Shown piece after piece: positions 8,550 to 20,423 of a stretch of DNA of 64,000 bases. The position numbers and the translations under genes were made by a program. This stretch comes from Sedimentisphaerales bacterium (GTDB lineage: Bacteria; Planctomycetota; Phycisphaerae; Sedimentisphaerales; Anaerobacaceae), in contig JAXGYC010000009.1 of NCBI GenBank assembly GCA_040772485.1, positions 448,001 through 512,000 of the forward strand, in the 5' to 3' direction. Below the pieces are notes generated by a model that saw only the letters and a program-made list of their open reading frames with translations, searched no databases and had not been told where the DNA came from. Position 1 is the first letter of the stretch. Every line of letters begins with the position of its first letter.

Positions 8550-10227
8550 TGACCGTGTGCTGACAGCCGGGCCCGTCCGGCCACCTCAGGACAACGTTCC
8601 GCAGACCAAACAGCAGCGCGACAAGCTGCTGACGGTCGTTCGAGAATACGTGGAGATGCACGGACCGGTGCCGCCTCTGTCAATCGACGAGTTGCGGTCC
8701 CATACGGAGGCGGTGCTGCGCCAGGCGGGCATGGATCGCAAGTACAGCGATTTTGCCGGGGTGCTCGTCAACAATGAGGTCTGGCGCGAGACGGTCGCGG
8801 CGATTCCCTACGAGAAGCGTCTTCTGCTGCTGCCCAAGTGTCTGCGCAGCTCCAGCGAGTGTCCGGCGAGCTTCGACGATCTGGGCCTGTTGTGCGAGCA
8901 CTGCGGACGATGCCCCATCGGCGAATTGAAGAGCCAGGCAGAGTCTTTGGGCTACGCGGTCCTGGTTGCAGAAGGTTCGCCGGTCGTGATGAGCCTGATC
9001 GAGACGGGTCAGATCGAGGCCGTGGTGGGCGCGAGCTGCCTGTCCGTGTTGGAGCGGGTCTTTCCCTACATGGAAGCCGGAGCGGTTCCCGGCGTGGCGA
9101 TTCCCCTCCTGCGAGACGGCTGTGCCGACACCAGCGTAGACCTCGATTGGCTCTGGGAGGCGATCTATCAGACGACGGAAGACCAGACCAGACGTCTCGA
9201 TCTCGATGCGCTGCATCGGCAGGTCAACGAGTGGTTCTCACACGAGGCCCTCATGCAGATGATCGCGCCAAAGCCCGACCCGACCGAACAGGTGGCCCTG
9301 GACTGGATGGCCAAGGCGGGCAAACGCTGGCGGCCCTTCCTCGGCGTCTGCACGTACAAAGCGCTTTCAACCGAGGGTTTGCGTGCGACAGACCGGGACG
9401 TGCAAAGGATGGCGGTCGCGGTGGAATGCTTCCACAAGGCATCGCTCGTCCACGACGACATCGAAGACGGCGACGCGCATCGCTATGGCGAAAAGACGCT
9501 CCATTCGGAGCATGGCATTCCGATTGCGCTGAACGTTGGCGACCTGCTTCTGGGCGAGGGCTATCGGCTCCTCGTCGAGACCGATGCCTCTGATGCGCGG
9601 AAAGCGAAACTCCTGAGTGCGGCGGTGCAAGGCCATCGTACGCTCTGCCTGGGACAGGGCCGCGAGCTGGCATGGGCCCGCGCGCCGAAACCGCTGACGG
9701 TAGCGGACGTGCTGGAGATCTTCCGCCTGAAGACGGCCCCGGCCTTCGAGGTGGCGCTTCGCCTCGGCGCGATCCTGGCGGGTTGTGACGACCTGGTCGG
9801 CAGCGTGCTGAAGCAATACAGCGATTCTCTGGGCATCGCCTACCAGATTCGCGACGACCTGGAAGATCTCCGGGATCCCGAGGCGCTCGATCTGTGCATC
9901 CTTCGGCGGCCGAGCGTTCTGCCGGCGCTGGCATACGAGATCGGTGACCAGGACAAGCGGAGGCGAATCGAGCGGCAGTGGGACCCGTCCGCGACGGATG
10001 CCGATCGCGAGCAGGTGCGGCAGATCGTCTCGGCGTCTCAGGTAGAGCTGGCGGCGCTGCGGCTGATGGAGAGCTACAAAGCGCAGGCGATCGGCTCGCT
10101 CATCGCACTGAAGAACGCCAACCTCAAGGGTCTGCTGCGGCGCGTGATGGGCAAGATATTCAACGACTTCGAGATCATGGGCTGCTGCGATGACCATCCG
10201 CCTCGACATGCGGCACGCCGTGGCTGA
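8542..10227 (+). CDS. DUF116-like domain fused to trans-polyprenyl diphosphate synthase
   Basis: N-term RLLLLPKCLR..C..CEHCGRC...AVVGASC; C-term GKRWRP, FARM HKASLVHDDIED, GQ, KTA, SARM YQIRDDLED; ATGCCTGA overlap. Confidence 0.85.
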   Translation: MPDDRVLTAGPVRPPQDNVPQTKQQRDKLLTVVREYVEMHGPVPPLSIDELRSHTEAVLRQAGMDRKYSDFAGVLVNNEVWRETVAAIPYEKRLLLLPKCLRSSSECPASFDDLGLLCEHCGRCPIGELKSQAESLGYAVLVAEGSPVVMSLIETGQIEAVVGASCLSVLERVFPYMEAGAVPGVAIPLLRDGCADTSVDLDWLWEAIYQTTEDQTRRLDLDALHRQVNEWFSHEALMQMIAPKPDPTEQVALDWMAKAGKRWRPFLGVCTYKALSTEGLRATDRDVQRMAVAVECFHKASLVHDDIEDGDAHRYGEKTLHSEHGIPIALNVGDLLLGEGYRLLVETDASDARKAKLLSAAVQGHRTLCLGQGRELAWARAPKPLTVADVLEIFRLKTAPAFEVALRLGAILAGCDDLVGSVLKQYSDSLGIAYQIRDDLEDLRDPEALDLCILRRPSVLPALAYEIGDQDKRRRIERQWDPSATDADREQVRQIVSASQVELAALRLMESYKAQAIGSLIALKNANLKGLLRRVMGKIFNDFEIMGCCDDHPPRHAARRG

Positions 10228-11095
10228 GGCCGCCGAGGCCCTTGGCGACTCCGTCGACGCCGTCCGCGAGTTCCTCCGTTGCCACCTGTGCGACGATGGG
10301 GGCTTCCAGGGCCGGGACGGCAAGAGCGATCTCTACTATACGGTCTTCGGACTGGAGGCGTCGGTGGCATTGGATGTGAAGCTCCCGTTTGAGCGCGTCG
10401 TGGACTACGTGCGCGGCTTTGGGACCGGACAGTCTCTGGACCTTGTTCATCTGGCCTCGCTGGTCCGATGCCGGATCAACCTGACCGAGGGGGGCAACGA
10501 CTCGATCGATTCTGCCTCCCGGCGGGCCATGATCGCGCACCTGATGCGCTTCCGGGCGGCCGACGGGGGCTTCAGCACCGCAGCGGGAGCCGAACGGGGG
10601 CATGTGTACGGCAGCTTTCTCGCCCTGGGCATCTGCCAGGATCTCGAGGTCGACGACCTGGAGCCGGCGGGCGTGCTCGAATCGGTTCGTTCGCTTCAGA
10701 TGCCCGACGGGGGCTTCTCGAACGAACCGACGATGGCCGTCAGCGCCACCGCGGCCACCGCCGCAGCGGTCACGATCTTCCATTACCTGAAATCGCCGCT
10801 GCCGAAATCGGCGCTGCAATGGCTGGCCGCAAGGGCCGAGCCGCGCGGGGGGTTCTGCGCCATTCCATCCGGCCCCGACGTCGCGATCCCCGATCTGCTC
10901 TCGACGGCGACCGCGCTGCACGCCCTGACGCTGGTCGGCGTCGACCTGGACGAGATTCGCGAGAGAAATCTCGATTATCTCGACGCCTTGTGGAGCGTGC
11001 GAGGCGGTTTCCGGGGCCATCCAGCGGACGATGTGCTGGACTGCGAGTATACGTACTATGGACTTCTGTCACTCGGTGACCTGATCGGGCCATGA
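10190..11095 (+). CDS. Prenyltransferase/squalene-oxidase-repeat (alpha/alpha barrel) protein
   Basis: Repeated DGGF/RGGF motifs: DDGGFQGRDGKSDLYYT, QMPDGGF, RGGFRGHPADDVLDCEYTYYGL. Confidence 0.8.
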   Translation: MTIRLDMRHAVAEAAEALGDSVDAVREFLRCHLCDDGGFQGRDGKSDLYYTVFGLEASVALDVKLPFERVVDYVRGFGTGQSLDLVHLASLVRCRINLTEGGNDSIDSASRRAMIAHLMRFRAADGGFSTAAGAERGHVYGSFLALGICQDLEVDDLEPAGVLESVRSLQMPDGGFSNEPTMAVSATAATAAAVTIFHYLKSPLPKSALQWLAARAEPRGGFCAIPSGPDVAIPDLLSTATALHALTLVGVDLDEIRERNLDYLDALWSVRGGFRGHPADDVLDCEYTYYGLLSLGDLIGP

Positions 11096-13047
11096 GGCGC
11101 ATCGACGAAGAGAGACTGAACCGGACGATTGTCACCCTCAGCGAGCGCCTGCTGGCGGCGAGGAACGACCAGGGTCACTGGGTCGGACACCTCTCCAGCA
11201 GCGCTCTTTCGACCGCCACCGCTGTCTTCGCACTTGCGCAGGTCGACGGCACCAGACATCGAACGTGGATCGAACGCGGTCTGCACTGGCTCTGTGCGAA
11301 TCAGAACGCCGACGGCGGGTGGGGTGACACGGTTCAAAGCCCGAGCAACCTGAGCACGACGCTGCTGTGCTACTCGGCGCTGGCGGTTTTAGAGGATGGC
11401 AACCTCAAACGCCGCTCGGGCATAGCCGGTTCTTGGAAACCATCCCCAAGTCCTTCGGACTTGAGGCTGCCACCCGCGGTCGAGAAGGCCGAGGCGTGGC
11501 TTCGTCGCGAGGTGGGCTCGCTCGAGCCGGAGGCTCTGGCCGCAGCGGTGATCGCGCGGTATGGCAAAGACCGGACGTTCTCCGTGCCGATCCTGACGAT
11601 GTGCGCGTTGGCAGGGCGACTGGGCGCCGGCCCCCAGGCGTGGCGTCGAGTCAAGCCACTCCCGTTCGAGCTGGCGGTCCTGCCGCACCGGCTGTACAAG
11701 TGGTTGCGGCTGCCCGTGGTCAGCTACGCACTGCCCGCCCTGATCGCCATCGGGCAGGCCCGCTACGAGCATCGCAGACCTCGCTGTCCCGTGGTCCGGC
11801 TCGTTCGCCATCTGGCGCGAAAGCGAAGCCTCGATGTGCTGATGGCACTCCAGCCGAGCAATGGGGGGTTCCTCGAAGCGGCTCCGTTGACCTCATTCGT
11901 CGTTATGAGCTTGGCCTCCAGCGGACAGGCCGAGCACCCGGTGGTCGCGAAAGGAGGGGAGTTCCTCGTCGCCTCGATCCGCGACGACGGCAGTTGGCCC
12001 ATCGATACCAACCTCGCGACCTGGGGCACGACGCTTTCGATTGCCGCCTTGACCGCCGGCGGAAATGACGGCCTGGCCGACCCAGAGAAACAGCGATGGG
12101 TGGATTGGCTGCTGGCCTGCCAGCACAAGATGGTACACCCTTACACGCAGGCGGCGCCCGGGGGCTGGGCGTGGACGGATTTGCCCGGGGCGGTTCCCGA
12201 TGCGGACGACACCGCCGGCGCACTGCTCGCGCTGCACAGACTCGGCGTTCGGAATGAGGCTGTGTCGAAAGCCGTCAGAGCAGGCATCGGCTGGCTTCTC
12301 GGTCTTCAGAACCGCGACGGCGGGATCCCGACTTTCTGCCGGGGCTGGACCAATCTGCCGTTCGATAGAAGCGCGCCCGATCTGACCGCCCATGCTCTCG
12401 GCGCGATGGGCGTCTGGGTGGGGGAAGCTGACCCGGAGCAACAGACGGTGCGCGCGATGGACAGGGCGATGGACTTCCTGAAGGCGGCCCAGCGTGCGGA
12501 TGGCTCGTGGACGCCGCTGTGGTTCGGCAGTCAGTCCGCGCCGAACCGGGAGAATCCCGTCTATGGCACGAGCCGGGTGCTGACGCACCTGTCGCGCGTT
12601 CCGCCAGCATACCGCCGGCGAATGGATGCCGCGTGCGAGCGGGCCGTGTGTTGGCTTCTGTCGGCGCAAAACGCCGATGGAGGCTGGGGCGGTGCGCCGG
12701 GAGTCGCTTCGTCCATCGAGGAGACCTCGCTGGCCGTTGATGTGCTGGCCGAACTTGCAGGGGCGAATGATGATTCGCGCGTATGCCCTTGCGGGCACAC
12801 TACCGTTCGTAGTGACGCCGTAAGGCGTTACCTTCCCCGGGACAAGTATGCCCTTACGGGCACACTACGAACAGCGCTCGCCCGTGGAGCCCAATGGCTC
12901 ATACAGCATACCGATCAGGGCAGAGCGACGCCGGCCTGCCCCATCGGTCTGTACTTCGCGCAACTCTGGTATTCTGAAGAGCTCTATCCGCTCGTCTTTG
13001 CGCTTTCGGCTCTGGGCAAAGCGCAGGTCGCGTTTCGCTCCGTGTGA
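11092..13047 (+). CDS. Squalene-hopene cyclase-like class II terpene cyclase
   Basis: Catalytic PDADDTAGAL (DxDDTA); QW repeats QNADGGWG x2, QNRDGG, QRADGSW; IGLYFAQLWYSEELYP; ATGA overlap with previous gene. Confidence 0.88.
   Translation: MRRIDEERLNRTIVTLSERLLAARNDQGHWVGHLSSSALSTATAVFALAQVDGTRHRTWIERGLHWLCANQNADGGWGDTVQSPSNLSTTLLCYSALAVLEDGNLKRRSGIAGSWKPSPSPSDLRLPPAVEKAEAWLRREVGSLEPEALAAAVIARYGKDRTFSVPILTMCALAGRLGAGPQAWRRVKPLPFELAVLPHRLYKWLRLPVVSYALPALIAIGQARYEHRRPRCPVVRLVRHLARKRSLDVLMALQPSNGGFLEAAPLTSFVVMSLASSGQAEHPVVAKGGEFLVASIRDDGSWPIDTNLATWGTTLSIAALTAGGNDGLADPEKQRWVDWLLACQHKMVHPYTQAAPGGWAWTDLPGAVPDADDTAGALLALHRLGVRNEAVSKAVRAGIGWLLGLQNRDGGIPTFCRGWTNLPFDRSAPDLTAHALGAMGVWVGEADPEQQTVRAMDRAMDFLKAAQRADGSWTPLWFGSQSAPNRENPVYGTSRVLTHLSRVPPAYRRRMDAACERAVCWLLSAQNADGGWGGAPGVASSIEETSLAVDVLAELAGANDDSRVCPCGHTTVRSDAVRRYLPRDKYALTGTLRTALARGAQWLIQHTDQGRATPACPIGLYFAQLWYSEELYPLVFALSALGKAQVAFRSV
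11393..11474 (-). repeat. 82-bp palindromic element (GGTGGCAG...GCCATCCT) in frame within the cyclase gene
   Basis: Reverse complement aligns without gaps to intergenic 54546-54627 (57/82 identical by hand count). Confidence 0.8.
12757..12872. repeat. Compound REP-derived insert in frame within the cyclase gene
   Basis: Degenerate 28-bp REP at 12757; 23-bp direct repeats gtatgccctt(g/a)cgggcacactac at 12781 and 12846; inverted pair gttcgtagtg/cactacgaac. Confidence 0.75.
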
Positions 13048-13113
13048 GTGCCTGGGTCCGAAAAACCCCGGGTTTCTGTTGCACTGGATCTGCTCCTGTG
13101 ATATTAGTGCTAT

Positions 13114-13128
13114 TAGCAATTATTGCTA
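13114..13128. promoter_or_regulatory. Palindromic operator, probably bound by the adjacent MarR
   Basis: Perfect TAGCAAT-T-ATTGCTA in an AT-rich patch about 35 bp upstream of the marR start. Confidence 0.6.
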
Positions 13129-13161
13129 TGAACAAATAAATGGCAGGGCAGTAGAAAGACC

Positions 13162-13572
13162 ATGAAACGACGATTGTTTGAGTTGATTCTGGCGATCAAA
13201 CGCAAGTGCCAGTGCAACGAGGAGCAGATTCAGGAGGAATTGGGTCTGACCGCCTCGCAGTTCCACGGCTTGATCGTTCTGGATGCCGGCGGCGAGGTAG
13301 CCGGATGCGAGTTCGCCCGGCGGATGGGCCTGTCGCCCTCGCGGGGCAGCCGGGTGCTGAACAGCCTGGTCACCAGCGGGCTCGTTGCCGCTCGAAACCG
13401 CCCCGACGATCGACGGACGATGGAGATCGCGCTGACGAGCACGGGAAGGAGAATGCAGAATCGCATCATCGAGCGGATGAAGGCCTGTGAGAGCCGCGTC
13501 TGCGATCGCCTGGATGGTTCCGGCGTGAGACGCATCAGAGAGGCGCTTGAGTTGCTGGAGACGGTCCTGTAA
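13162..13572 (+). CDS. MarR family transcriptional regulator (Cys-rich)
   Basis: GLTASQF, winged helix, DDRR...IALTSTGR; five Cys. Confidence 0.88.
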   Translation: MKRRLFELILAIKRKCQCNEEQIQEELGLTASQFHGLIVLDAGGEVAGCEFARRMGLSPSRGSRVLNSLVTSGLVAARNRPDDRRTMEIALTSTGRRMQNRIIERMKACESRVCDRLDGSGVRRIREALELLETVL

Positions 13573-13604
13573 CCGCCTGTAGAGTGGAAGTCTGGAGAAC
13601 GACG

Positions 13605-14144
13605 ATGCCGAGAACCTTGATCATTCAACTGGCGTTGGGGCTGCTGATCGGCGGCGGCCTGGGCGCCGTGATGGGATACTATGGCAAGTGTTCCAGCGGG
13701 GCGTGTCCCCTGACGGCCAATCCCTATCGCGGCGCCTTCCTTGGGGCTCTGATGGGAGGCTTGATTGCCTACTCCGGGGCCGGATCGCGGGTGAATCCGG
13801 AAGGCAAGGACAAAGGATACGCCGCGATGCAGATCGAGACGTCGGACGACTTCGAACATTTCGTGTTGAAGGCCGATCAGCCAGTGATGGTCGACTTCTA
13901 CTCGAATGGTTGTCCACCTTGCCGCAGACTGGCGCCCACTGTGGAAGAACTCGCCGAGGAATACCAGGGTCGTGCCATCATCGCCAAGGTCAACGTCGAT
14001 CGCGTGCCGGAACTGGCCCGCCGGTACGGCGTGCAGGGCATTCCCGCCGTTCTTTTCTTCGACAAAGGCGCTGAGACGCAGCGTCTGGTGGGCCTGCGGC
14101 CCCGCAGCGCCTATACCGAGGTGCTCGATGGATTGCTCGGCTGA
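13605..14144 (+). CDS. Membrane-anchored thioredoxin with N-terminal CxxGxCP helical hairpin (DUF6132-like)
   Basis: Two TM segments around GKCSSGACPLTANP; VMVDFYSNGCPPCRRL; KVNVD; GIP. Confidence 0.85.
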   Translation: MPRTLIIQLALGLLIGGGLGAVMGYYGKCSSGACPLTANPYRGAFLGALMGGLIAYSGAGSRVNPEGKDKGYAAMQIETSDDFEHFVLKADQPVMVDFYSNGCPPCRRLAPTVEELAEEYQGRAIIAKVNVDRVPELARRYGVQGIPAVLFFDKGAETQRLVGLRPRSAYTEVLDGLLG

Positions 14145-14159
14145 CGCATCCTATCTTGA

Positions 14160-14522
14160 CTACAACGGCGTGAGCAGATCGTAGATGCCCAGGAGAATGC
14201 AGGCCAGTCCCGCCGCAGCGCACACGAAGCCGAAAACGCTGAGCACGGTCGCGATGAACTTCCCTTCGAAGTAAGGCGAGGCGGCGAATCGTTGCTTCAA
14301 GACCGCGCCTGCGATGCACAACGGCGACGCGACGCCCAGCACGCCGATCCCGGTCAGGATGCTGCGAAGGGGGTCCTTCAACCGCGCTACCTTGGGCTCG
14401 GGCAGAACCGCCAGCACCACGAAGCAGACCAGCGCGATCGCCAGGGACGCTCCGACGGCCAGCACAAGCTTTCTGACGCCGGGCGGCTTCGAGCTTGTCT
14501 GCTGTATTTCGATCTCGTCCAT
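14160..14522 (-). CDS. Hypothetical membrane protein (about 3 TM helices)
   Basis: Three hydrophobic stretches; follows the MBL gene in the same orientation. Confidence 0.6.
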   Translation of the reverse strand: MDEIEIQQTSSKPPGVRKLVLAVGASLAIALVCFVVLAVLPEPKVARLKDPLRSILTGIGVLGVASPLCIAGAVLKQRFAASPYFEGKFIATVLSVFGFVCAAAGLACILLGIYDLLTPL

Positions 14523-14535
14523 GCCGTCGTCGCCG

Positions 14536-15297
14536 TTATTGCATCTTGCGAATGCGAACCTCGATGTTCTTGTCGTCGGCCAGGAGCTTGACCAGTTCGT
14601 TCGGATCGGTCTGCCCATAGTGATACGGATAGAGGATCTTCGGCTCGAAGGCCCGGGCCGCATCGGCCACCATCGCCGGGGTCATTGTGTACGGCAGGTT
14701 CATCGGCAGAAACGCGATGTCGATCTTCTTGAGGTCTTTCATCTCGGGAATGTTCTCCGTGTCACCCGCGATGTAGACTCGCAGCTTGCCGAACGTCACA
14801 ACGTATCCGTTGCCGTTGCCCTTGGGATGGAAGGGATTGCCGTCGGGTCGCTTGTGAACGATGTTGTAGGCCGGCACTGCCTCGATCTTGAGCCCGTCGA
14901 CCGTCCGCACATCGCCGTTCTTCATCACCAGACCGCCGGCGACCTTCTCGGCGCAGATTTTGGTCAAAACGATCTTCGTCTGCGGCTGGCGAATCAGCTC
15001 CAGCACCTTGGGGTCGAGATGGTCGCCGTGCTCGTGCGTGATCAGGACGAGGTCCGCCTTCGGCAGTTTGGTGTAATCGCCTTCCCGAGTGACGGGATCG
15101 ACGTGAATGACCTTGTTCTGCCAGGTGAACATCAGCGTGCCGTGGCCGATGAAGGTGATTTTCAGATCGCCCTGTTCGGTTTTGAAAATGTCTTCTTCGA
15201 GTTTCTTGTCCTCGGCGGCGCCGGCCGGAACGACGGCAAGCCCCGCCGCAATCAGTGCGGCCACGATGAGCCACACTTGCGCTGTTAGCCTGTTCAT
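14536..15297 (-). CDS. Secreted MBL-fold metallo-hydrolase
   Basis: Signal peptide; THEHGDHLD; YIAGDT; PYHY; AAGGAG RBS. Confidence 0.9.
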   Translation of the reverse strand: MNRLTAQVWLIVAALIAAGLAVVPAGAAEDKKLEEDIFKTEQGDLKITFIGHGTLMFTWQNKVIHVDPVTREGDYTKLPKADLVLITHEHGDHLDPKVLELIRQPQTKIVLTKICAEKVAGGLVMKNGDVRTVDGLKIEAVPAYNIVHKRPDGNPFHPKGNGNGYVVTFGKLRVYIAGDTENIPEMKDLKKIDIAFLPMNLPYTMTPAMVADAARAFEPKILYPYHYGQTDPNELVKLLADDKNIEVRIRKMQ

Positions 15298-15332
15298 CGT
15301 CTGCTCCTTTCTCTACGGGCCGAACCGTGGTG

Positions 15333-20235
<4,903 letters not shown>

Positions 20236-20362
20236 GGCGTTATGCGCTCGCGGGCGTGCGTTTAGAGCTTGCCATCGGGGCCCTCCAGGGTATATAATCA
20301 ATTTCGGTTTGGCAGGGTACACAAGACCACGGAGGCTTCTTTCGGATCGAATGGAATCGCCT

Positions 20363-20390
20363 GTAGGGGCGAATCATCGTTCGCCCCCAC
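20363..20390 (+). repeat. 28-bp GTAG-type REP
   Basis: gtaggggcgaatcatcgttcgcccccac, followed by ggacacgctacgaac. Confidence 0.8.
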
Positions 20391-20423
20391 GCGGACACGC
20401 TACGAACTGTGGAGGACAGAATC

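Noticed and set aside
11092..13047. Calling the cyclase shc of a standard hopanoid cluster, or a pseudogene because of its inserts
   Set aside because: No hpn genes nearby, so the substrate is unproven; the frame, DxDDTA and QW motifs are intact
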